DNA of 64,000 nt from Antedon mediterranea (taxonomy: Eukaryota; Animalia; Echinodermata), in NCBI RefSeq assembly GCF_964355755.1, contig NC_092677.1, positions 13,724,101 to 13,788,100 on the forward strand, read 5' to 3'. The notes below the pieces were generated by a model. That model did no database searches, was not told the origin of the DNA, and was given only the letters and a program-made list of their open reading frames with translations. The translations under genes and the position numbers were made by a program. Every line of letters starts with the position of its first letter. Position 1 is the stretch's first letter. Below are positions 23,138 through 35,100 of this stretch, one piece after another.

Positions 23138-26100
23138 ATGGCTGACAATTACAATCCGTTTTTAGATGATATTGATTCAGATACTGTCGGTGTTAGTATT
23201 GCAGATTGTATTGAAGTTGATGTAAATAGTAGTCAGGAAGAATTATCTACTCGTAAGGAAACGTTAACACCACAACCAAATGAATTAAACTGGGATATAA
23301 TCGCAGCTAAGCTAATCAAAGACAACCTGGTTCTCACCGCCCTCGAACTGCATACTGAGTTGGTAGAGAGCGGCCGAGAGCTGCCCCGCCTCCGCGATTA
23401 CTTTTCTAACCCTGGGAATTTTGAAAGGCAAGATAATACATTCAAAGATGCAGGAACTCTACCACTACGTAAGCTAATTTTAAATCATAAACTATTATAG
23501 TTTATTCTAAATTTCTTTTAATATTATTTTTACATTACATTGAATTTAAATTAATAAAATAAAGAATGAAAACATTATTGTGTGTGATGAGGCTATGCTA
23601 GCTATATGGCCCTGCTGGCTCGGATTAGGCCAAGTTGAGCCGCCGACAAGTTGAGCCGCCACCAGAAAAACGTTATTTTTTATGGAACGCCAAATGCTAA
23701 CTTTCGCCGGTGCTCGTTCTATTTATATTAGGGATCGATGTACATTCAAAAGTTTATATATCATGGTTTTTAGTATATATATTATTAAATATTATAATTA
23801 AAGAAATAATTATGAAAATCTGGCTTGTAGATTCCAAAATATAAAACATCACCGAAAGTGATCGTTTTAGCCAAAAATGACGTAAACATGTTGCCCCTCA
23901 GTCGGCAGTTGTATGAACTAGGCTTACTCCATTTTTCGGTAAAATAATTACATAAAATCACGTTTTTTAGTAAAATATTTTGTGTATTAACATTGTAAAA
24001 TTCAATAAAATATGATATTAAAAGATTAGTAAATAAAAAATAATATTTATTTAACCTCATTCGAAGAAGGTTAATACTCTATTAATTAGTCCTGAGAGAG
24101 GACAACATAGGCCATCGGGTGAAAATCCTATCGTTCAATCCCGTTCCAGTCTCATTAGCCTAAAAAAACTCTACATGATAATTATGTTAATAATATTTTA
24201 AAAGTAATAACACAAAGTTTCACCTAAAAAACGTATCATATAACAAGGAAATCACATTTCAACGTCAGTATTTGAAAATTTTTTTACATTGTGTTGACCC
24301 ATGACCTTTTCCACACGAAACTCTTTTAGCCAAAAAATGTTTTTTTTTCATTGAGGTTTTATTCATTAAATAAAATATTTATTCACAAAAACTACATTGA
24401 AGAAGCTCAGTGATATTTAGTATATTAATTATAACAGAAAACTTGATAATAAAACAGTATTATCGTAATTTTAGTACAACAATTGTTAACGATTTGGTGA
24501 ATATGGACGCGTGACATGAACTGTGCACAAACAACAGCATGGCTTCGATTGATGAAAGCCACGTTTGTGATCTTCAAATAAAATGTTGTTTTCACCATGA
24601 AAACATTACTGATAAAACGGCATTTCCAATTACGGAAGTTCGATTTTATAAGGTTGTTGCTTGTACCAAGTTATGGGTAAACTTAGATGGTACCTGTAAA
24701 GATATTGCTAATAAACTAGTATCCGAGCTAGATATTCTTAATGCGTCATATGAAGACATAATAACAAAGCATCCATATTTTGGATTTCATCACCATTGTT
24801 ATCGTAAATACATCAACACAAGAACGATAGAATTGGTAAGTTTAACACATTCACTAGCCTAGGTTTATTTCCTTTAGTGCAAACGATTCAAACCAAAATA
24901 TATAAAATTAGGCCAACAGAAGAGTACCCTCCTCCTACCTTTCCTCCAAAATAAGGTCCTTATCTAGTCCTAGCTAGGGCCTGGCCCTAGCCTAGGCTAT
25001 AATGTATACGCCCTGACAGTGACTCGAACAATGAAAGTAACTAGACTAAAAATTAGAAGTAGGCCAACAAATAGATATAATATACAACTGTGCAGTGGTA
25101 GTAAACTGAGAAACTCTACATTGCCAGTTAACAAAATTATTCTTAATTTTTCATTCAGGCTGAAAATCGTGTGTCGAAAAAACGAAAAATGGAAAGTTCC
25201 CAGCCAACTGACCTTGCTAGTACTAGTAGTACTGCTAGTGATCCTCCACCTACTAAGAAGACAAAACATTTGTTACGGAGCAAGACCCGTATCAGTCAAT
25301 CAGGGACTATTTTACCTAAAGTATGTATCATTTGTAAAAAGGCACAGAAGCAGATTAGAAAAAATTACAAAACCTGCAACCAGAAATTGAGAAAGGCTCT
25401 CACAGATGATGCAGGTAAGAGCCTTTTAAAACAATTAATACAATTTTTTGTACGTGGTATAGATTATGTACATATATAACTTATTAACCATTTTTTTATG
25501 CTGTATATTTAAAGGATTCCTAAGAGCAGCTGCTGAAATGAAAAATGACCAAGAAATGTTGAAGGACATACACGGAAAGAGCTGTGCTTGCATTGAAGTG
25601 AGGTACCATGACTCATGCTACAGGGAATATATAAAAATTGTGCACCGAAAGAAACATATTCATGCAAAGTATGTTTAATTTTATTTATGTTAAGTTATTG
25701 TATGTAAGCCTTATTATTATACATATTATTATTACTGTATATATTAATTTGATATATATCATATACCAACCAAGAGATTTGTCATTATTTGTTCAGGTCT
25801 TCAACAAAGTCATTTTTTGATGAACATAAAAAAGGCTACAATGTGTTTTGTGAAACAATTATTAAAGGAAGAATGAAAACCGGTCAAGAAATCATCAGAT
25901 TAAGTAAACTTCAGAAGTACCTTGACAAGTATATTCAAGAAGAGGAACATATTAATTTGGGATATGTAAGGTACTGTATGCAGTTTGATTAATTTTCTTA
26001 CCTTACAATGGAACATATGCGTAATAATGATATTGTTAATTTAATTTACCTTCACAATAAGTTATAGCTTCTAATGCAATATTTTGTTTTATAACAGGTC

Positions 26101-29100
26101 AGATTTACTAAAAGCAAAACTCGAAAAAGATTTTCCAGAGCTTGTATTCCATTTACCAAGTAAAAGGTTAGTAATTACAAATTGTAGATATATAGATGGT
26201 AACCCATAACAAATTGGAATGCTTTTTTTTTTAACAATTTGAATGTATGTATACTATATTATAATAAAGTAATTATACTTTTTTTGGCATTTTTTAGGAA
26301 TGAGGCAACCATGGTTTATTTTGCTGACATATCCACAGGCTCTTTTGCTGAGCAATTTTTGGAATCAGAAGAGAGTACTGACCTGTCATCAGATGCATCT
26401 GTTAATCCTGATATATCTACCACTACAAATAAAGAGGAAAGATATCATTTGCAAGATGAATCACGAACAATTCACTTAGCAGGTAAACCATATTGTATAA
26501 TTGTTTTAGACAACATATGAATTCATTAAAATAATAGCCTATTTAATGGTAACTTTATTTGTCTTTACAGGCCTGATTTTAAAGAATGCAATCAAGACAT
26601 CAGAGTCAATGGACTATAAGTGGCCTCCACGAGCAAGTGATATTAACAATGTAGTTATGAGTGACATCATTCCATTCCACCTTTTTAATATCTTGGCAAT
26701 ATGTACCAACACAGTACAGGAACACATTGATCCATCGATGGCAAGTGTTCCAGAAGAAATCCGAAATAAACTTGAGGCAATCTGTCAAGACATTGTGTAC
26801 TTAGCTTCAAGAGGCAGGCGACAAACACCAAAATCCTTAGCACTTGGTCTTACTGTTAGGCATATGACTGGTTCCACGCACCTCTTAGATGTATTAAGTA
26901 AATTTGGACATTGTAGCTCTCCAGACACTATTGTTTCATACGAAACAAGTCTTGCGATGTTTCGATTGTCCACTGCTAATGCTGTTCCGGATGGTTTCAG
27001 GCGTGGGGAACTTGTTACTATGGTTTGGGACAACATTGATTTTAATGAAGAAACCACAAGTGGCCAAGGCACAACACACCACACCAATGGCATTATGCTT
27101 CAAGTGCAAAAAGATGATCCATTGCCAACTTCAGAAGAACGTCCAGTCATTAAAAAAGGTATCCGTAAATTTAAACATGTGGAAGTTGAGCTGAATGAAT
27201 ACAATCGTGTAAAGCGTGTTGGTCCATCATGCAATGTTCACGATCCAGAAAGCTTGTCTGTTGATAACTGGAAATCACTTCTCACTCCTTCCCAAGAAGC
27301 AGATTTCAGATTTTTGATGGCAAGGCTATATGGCGGTGCGTCCATACCTGGATGGACAGGCTACAACATCACTACCCACAACTACAGTATCCAAAAAACT
27401 GCAATTCACTACTTACCTGTGATAGAAGCCTCTGCTACAGAATTGACAACTATTAATACTGTGATATACAAAAGTATTGATATGGCAAATAGGTTCATGT
27501 TACCGCATATAGTCTGTGTCTTTGACCAGGCTATTTATGCAAAAGTACAAGAAATTCGATGGGCTGATGACAATTTGAAGAGTAGACTCGTTGTTCGCCT
27601 AGGTGAATTTCACACCTGCATGTCCTTTATGTCCATTATTGGAAAGAGATTTAGCGATACCGGTTTTCAAGATATTCTTGTTGAGGCAGGTGTTGTTGCT
27701 GGTGGATCGATAAAAGGAGTTCTTTCAGGTCATCACTACAATCGAGCCATACATACTCATAAAATTATATTTGAGACATTTGAACAACTGAGATTCCATG
27801 CCTATCTTGATTCACTTGAAGAAGGTCAATATGACACTACCATTTCCCAATTGGAAGGAATTGATTGGAAAGATGTTCAAAGTCATAGAGATGATATTCA
27901 AGACATTTACGGCATGTATGAATGTTACATAACGATGAAGAGGAAAGATGATCCAACTTTTGACTTTTGGAGCTCTTACCTTGATATGGTTTCGTTGCTG
28001 TTATCGTTCATACGAGCAACTAGAACGTCTGATTGGCAACTTCATCTAGCCACAATCAGGATGATGCTACCATGGTTTTATTCATATGACCGAACCAACT
28101 ATGCCAGGTACCTGCCAGCCTACTGGGTAGAGATGCTAGAATTAGAGAGGACCCACCCGAAAGTCTACAAAGACATATGTCAGCAGGGAACATGGACTGT
28201 TCAACGACAAGACAGATATCCATTTGCATCTATAGCATGTGACCAGACTATAGAAGAAACCTTAAACCGAGATTGCAAAATACAAGGAGGTATCAAAAGG
28301 TTCACATTGAACAGATCTGCAGTTCAACGTTGGTTGCTAGCCCAACCTGAACGTGCGGAGATTGCCAGATCCTGTGAGAGGATGTGCGGATTTGAAACTG
28401 AATTTCGTAATTCAAAAGAACTTGATGGCACACGAATCAAAATGATCAGGGACTTAGTGGAATCTGTCAAGTCTACAACCTGTAGCATGGTCAACCCGTT
28501 TACATGTTCCAGTGAAGAATTGTTAAACATAAGTTCAGGTGCAGTGGCTATTGAAAAAGTCCGTTCAGATCTTCTGACAGCGTATGATGTTGGGGAGAAA
28601 GAAGCAGATGAATTCTTAAAAAGCAGGATCTGCAGTACTGGAACGACCTCATTGTTTGCAACAGTTAAGCAAAAGAAATTGAAAACCTTTCAAGACAACT
28701 ACAAGCAAACAAAAATAAGTTCTACAACTATAGTGAAAGGGAATAAAGAGCTGTACTCCCGACTGCTTGTTGTTGGGCAAACTCGTGGCATTAACATGAA
28801 GGAGGTTATGTCATTCTGTCTGGGTGATATTCCCTTTCCATTGGCCAACGGTCCGAAATCCTTGGTAAAGACAGACAAAAGTTCACTGCTAAAGATTTTG
28901 GAAGGCAAAGGTGACAACTCAATTTACACATCAAAACCTGATCCAAATAGTGCACTCATGATTGATGCAATGGCACTACTTCAAGCTATTAGTAAACGCA
29001 ACATACCAAATACACTTGAAGAATTAGCTATGAACATTTTGAAGCAACTACAGTTTATTGCCTCATCATACAAATGTTCGCGGGTGGATTTTGTTTGTGA

Positions 29101-32100
29101 CAAATATCCAATTGTCAGCATTAAAAATCTTGAACGTGAAAAACGAGCTGGAAAGGGATCAGAGGTCATCAAAATCTATGGACAAGAACAGAAAACCCCA
29201 AAGCAATACAAGAAATTCTTGTCAAATGGACAAAACAAAGAGGCTCTTATAGAATTTATTTTTGAAACTTGGTCAAAATCAACAGGTATCACAATATCAT
29301 TTCCAGTCTATGTTACTCATGGAAGTCATTGCCATAAATTGACTTGGACAGATGGTGTTTGCAATGCTGTTAATGTGCCGGAATTGTTTTGTGACCATGA
29401 GGAAGCGGATACTAGATTAATTCTACATGCTGAGCATGCCAGTTATTCACACTCAAGTATAATTATCAAAAGTCCTGACACAGATGTGGCCATTCTTGCT
29501 TTAAGTCATGCCGAAACAATTCAGTCGCAGGTATTTTTTATGACGGGACACAACAACACAAAACGGATTATCAAGATCAACAAGCTAGCTGACATCCTAG
29601 GATTGCGCTTGTGCAGAGCTCTTATTGGGCTACACGTGTTCACGGGTTGTGATTCCACAAGTGCTTTTTATGGAAAAGGCAAGAAAAAAGCAATGGAGGT
29701 GATGTCTAATGCTGATGAGTACCTTGATGTTTTTCAAGAATTAGGGTCTTCATTTTCTATGTCTGACCAGCTGTTAATTTCACTAGAACGATTTGTTTGT
29801 TTGCTTTATGGTCATAAAAATGTAAGTCTTATCAATGAAGCAAGGTATTTGTCATTCTGCAAAACAGCATCTGAGAAATGTTTGCCACCATGTCAGGATG
29901 CACTTCTACAGCACATAAAACGGTGCAATTATCAATCTACAATTTGTCGTATGGCAACAACTCCTGTAGTCAACGCACCATCACCAAATGAACATGGATG
30001 GACAGTGGATGATTCAAAAATTAGTGTAAAATGGATGACTCAGGACCCAGCACCGCAGACATTATTAGAAATAATAAAATGTGGTTGTAAGTCTGGATGC
30101 AACCAAGGAAGGTGTCAATGCAAAAAATCAAGTATGAAATGCTCTGATCTCTGCCGCTGCACCAACTGCGAGAATAGACTGGAAAACAAAGCTGATGATG
30201 AATCAGAAGATGAAGAGCTTGATGATATCTGTTTGGATGACCTCTTTGCATAGGCTTTTTAATACCTTTTACTTACTGTATTTTACTTGTGACTTGTTTA
30301 ATGCACTGTATTATTTTGCCTAACAATAATCATTGTTTATAATGAAGGGATAAATTTTGTGTCATGTTAGAGCATTAAAGTACTTTCATGCACAATTTCA
30401 TATTCCCTACATTTATAATGTAGTATTTGTTATGTAAGCTGTAGAAGTTAACATACTACATTAGTATGGATTTTGACCACAGCCCTGGTTTTTGACTTGT
30501 GACTTGACTTGAACTTGGTTCAAAATGCCTACAATAATAAAGGGATCAATGTTGTGCCATGTTAGAGCAATTGTGCTTCCATGCATTATGTGCCTCATCC
30601 CTACATTCAAAATGTAGTATTTGTTATGTAAGCTGTAGAAGTTAACATACTACATTAGTATGGATTTTGACCACAGCCCTGGTTTTTGACTTGTGACTTG
30701 ACTTGAACTTGGTTTAAAATGCCTACAATAATAAAGGGATCAATGTTGTGCCATGTTAGAGCAATTGTGCTTCCATGCATTATGTGCCTCATCCCTACAT
30801 TCAAAATGTAGTATTTGTTATGTAAGCTGTAGAAGTTAACATACTACATTAGTATGGATTTTGACCACAGCCCTGGTTTTTGACTTGTGACTTGACTTGA
30901 ACTTGGTTCAAAATGCCTACAATAATAAAGGGATCAATGTTGTGCCATGTTAGTCTAGAATTGTACTCTCATGCATACATTATATTCCCTACATGTGGGA
31001 AGAATGACAGAGAACCTTCACGTGGTCCTTCCTGTTATGCCTTAGGGTAACCGATCTCTGCAACTATACCAATATTACTTACCGTATGTTCATTCATGTT
31101 GAATTATATAACGGATAAAATATATAAATCTGATAGCATTAGTATCCTTTTATTTTTGTAATTTGTAAATTCTGTATATGCATCTTATCTGTACATATTT
31201 TACAGTACTGTGTATTTTACTTTGTGTTTTAACATTTAAATGATTTTATTCTATTTTTATATTAAGTTGCCATGAGAAAAACCAATTTCAAATCTTTCGT
31301 TGATGAAGTTATCTTGTATCTTGTAAATCTAAACATTAAAATTTAGTTGAAATGTGTTGTGGTCTTAATTAAATGGTTTAATTTTCAAAAGTATTGATAG
31401 AAATAAAGAAATAATTCAAATGCTTTTAGAATTATATATATAACGTGTATTTGATGGCAGACACTCGTTTATAATTGTAAATTAAATAAACTACAGTAAT
31501 TTAACTTATGACGCGACTTGACTTAGCCTGACGCGTTTTACCTTGACAGTGACGCGATTAGATTTTAATTGACGCGATCTAACGAGTCGGGACGTAACAA
31601 CGTACAATTACCACGGTACTCGTCCACGCTTTTTGCCTGTTACTTCAGCGGGATGTTTTTAATCTTTCGGGCTAGCGATGGTCTTTTATCAAGATAATTG
31701 TGCTTATGTGATACGGTATTTTGGTGAAAAAGTTCAAATTATTACTTAAAACATGTTAATAGATTGATCTATGACAATTTTTTGTATACTAAAGAGGTTG
31801 GAGCGAAAAGTGTTTTCTAGTGGCTTTTTTTTCTTCACCCGATGGCCTAACATGACTTTACGTGGTAGGCCTACACGTGGCGAGAAAAATTATGAGTGCA
31901 CTGAATTTTTTCCTCGAAAGATTAAAAACAATTACATTATTAAATATTACTACTTTCCTTTGCTGTGTTGTTAATTATAATATGTAATTATATATTATTT
32001 ATTTTCATGACACAATAAACCAAGACCATGAACTTATGTACTAGGACACCATCCTAATCACTACGCGAAATGTCGTAAAAGACGCATGCACTGGGCGTTT

Positions 32101-35100
32101 CATAGAAATCACCGGCGGCTCAACTTGTCGGCGGCCCAACCGGTCATATCCCGCTGGCTCGAGTTGATGGATCTGATGGATTCTCTACTTCACGTTTTTT
32201 TTTGTTTCAGAGAGATTATTTAGAGGGTTAGGTTTTTAATATTTAGGAACTTTTACCGTACCATTAGCAAACGGAAGCACTCTATAATAATTACAATAGA
32301 CCTTAGTTTTTAGAAGTATGGATACGGTACCATATCTTTATTTAGCCATGGAATGGGATGGCGAAATATTAAATCCTTTTCATTCATTGCTTGGTGTATG
32401 TGCTGTATTTATATAGTTAGTACTGTAGTTTCCTGTTTTGTGTTTTTCTAAATCTGAACCTCTTGTATATTTAGTATTTATATTGTTTGTATTTATTTTA
32501 TATTTATTTTACTTTCAGTTATGATTGTTTCACTCCTAACCCTTTGTTTTGTTTTCTGTCAGAACGTACTTCCAGTGTCGCGACCTTTGACTCTTTGGAT
32601 TTTGCCCGTTACTCTGATGACGGTGTTAATCAGGCAGATGAACGATGTGCCGTTTTAGAATTTGAATTAAGAAAAGCGAAAGAAACAATTAAATCACTAA
32701 GAGTAAATTTAACAGAGGCCGCAGGTAATACTAATTTTCATTGTATAATCATTTTGGCTGGTTCCAATTAATGCAAATTTGGTGTATTATGTTAAAATGT
32801 ATAGGAGCTTTATTTTTTTCATAATGTTCTGTGCATTTAACTAAATTCTAGCAGTATGACTAACAATTGATTATTTTTTTTAACCAGCTGCAAAATTTTT
32901 ATCAAAAGACAGCAATCTTAATAATATTCATCATTTATTATACCTGTGCTAATGTACTGTGAAATAAAAGTTTGTTAATATCTAATAACCGACGACCGAT
33001 TACTGTAATTTAATACTAAAAAAAGTTCTTTATTAGCAAACCTTTATATAGTTCTTTATAATCCTTTACATTTAGTGATAAACAGTCTATTTTGTGCCTA
33101 GCTTACCTGGATAAACCGATAATAGCCCTTTCTCCTCGAAGAGCGAGATATACCTCATAAAGTAGACATTTTTCACATTTTATTCTTACAGTACTGTATA
33201 TCTGGAATTAATTAGAATGTCCTAATTTCAATGATTTAAAAATATGATTTATAATTTAATCTTTATGATACTATTTAGTAATTAATTTGTAATGAATCTA
33301 AAACCTCTACCATTGACCTATAAATTAAATATGTCCATGATTCTACTAAGCACAATTGTAAAATATAAACAAACTGTAAACAAATTGTTTTATTAAATAC
33401 AGACATTAAAAGATTCCATTAATATCCAGAAAAATGGAATGAATGAATTAATTTTCAGTAGCCTATATCATCAATGGGCAGTTTGGAGTTTGTTGAAGTC
33501 TATAAATTATTTTACAGTAAATTATTTACTTTAGTATAAATTATTCCAGATTTTGTCAGAAAACTAATCATTTTTTGCATTTTCCTTTTACTAACTTGCA
33601 TGTACTGTACATAATTTTTCGTTGTCATAAGTCCTTACACTCTCTATGTTGATTGATTAAGTTTGAGTAGGGAGTAATTACAAGACAACTCACTGGTTTG
33701 AGGTTGAATTTAATTATCCATTAAACTAAGCTTTTGTATTGTAAATTTTGAAATATTAATTATTAATATTAATGCCTTCTTTACGCAGAGAGTCAGATGA
33801 ATCCTTATTATTAAAAGCTTTTCAATGTTATGAAGTAAATTATGGACATTCCATGTAACGACAATGTCTTACTTGGCAACATATTTATATTATACCAGGA
33901 GATTGAGTAAATGATTTTAGATAATAGACGAGTGTAGAGTAACAAAACATCTATTGTACTATTAGTATTTGATCATTTTCAAGAATCTCATTATTTTCAG
34001 GATTCTTAATGATTAAATATTGTAGATCCAAATGTTGATTTCTCAAAAGTGTCTTTTGTCTCTGTCATTATTTAGAAGAATACATATGCATGTATTATTA
34101 TTATTCACAATTACTTCATTTCATATAATTATTTTCAGCTATTGTGTTTTTATTATTAAACAAACAAGGAAATAAAATAAACCAATCATTATAATCATAA
34201 TCAATATCAAAATCATAATCAATCATAAAGTGGTTAATTAAATTTATTTACTTCATCTTTGCTACCAACGTTATAACTTTAACTTTATTTCAATACAAAA
34301 TTCAACACTTGAATCATCAGATCGAAGGCTGCTACTTATTATAATACTACTGTATTTACGAAAGTTATAATTTACGTACTTATGATTAAAAAACTCTACA
34401 AAAAAAGAGAGACTTACTATTATTGAATCATATTTTATCTGAAACATATTAGTACAGTAGTAACCTGCACATACATTATTTACAATATTGGTGATGATAA
34501 TTGATATCATAATTTACATTGAGAGTGGATGAAGTTTAATCTAGAATGAATACAATGTGAACAATGGGTCTCTCTGATATAAATAATCTATGATTTCCCC
34601 AATTGTTGTATGTAATTTGTGTATTGTTCTCTTTTGAATACAAAACACTATTATTATTATTATATTTTCCATACACTGTACTGTAGTTACAGCAATAGTA
34701 CCTTTGTAGAAAGGGATTAATAATCCTTACATTCATTCAAATATTTTACCAGCATAAAAATTAGAGGAAAAACTATTATGAATAATGTTGACAGTATTCA
34801 ATACATGTATTAATAGTATAGAGAATTGATTTTTTATAAAGAAGAATAATAATTGTGTTATTTTATAGCATTATATAATATAATGTTGGGAAAGGGGAAA
34901 GCTGAGCACAGGATAGTCTCCCAGTAGTAATAGTAGTAGTACATAGTAAAGAGGGAAGCCAATTTTTCTTATTTTAAGCCCTTCAAAAGGAGTCTTCTAC
35001 GTAGATTCTTTTGTTGAATTTTAAGTTTTTTTACATTTGTTATTTTTTCTTTTTTTAGAGTGTGAATTATCGTCACCTACTCACAGTAAAAATGATAATG

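Larger units (their letters stand above)
23622..32152 (+). mobile_element. Full-length autonomous DNA transposon, Academ (AcademX)-like, in RELCH intron 1
   Basis: TIRs at 23622-23660 and 32114-32152 (32/39 identical, inner 22 bp perfect). Perfect direct repeat GCTGGCTC at 23614-23621 and 32153-32160. Contains an intact transposase-XPG-CXC gene. Confidence 0.88.

Noticed and set aside
26546-26570. ATG at 26546 as the transposase start
   Set aside because: It lies in the intron just upstream of the TTTACAG acceptor at 26570, and the upstream exons join in phase.
31509-31596. Short repeats with variable spacers as a mini-CRISPR
   Set aside because: The repeat is only 7 bp, the spacers are ~13 bp, and the context is a eukaryotic transposon.
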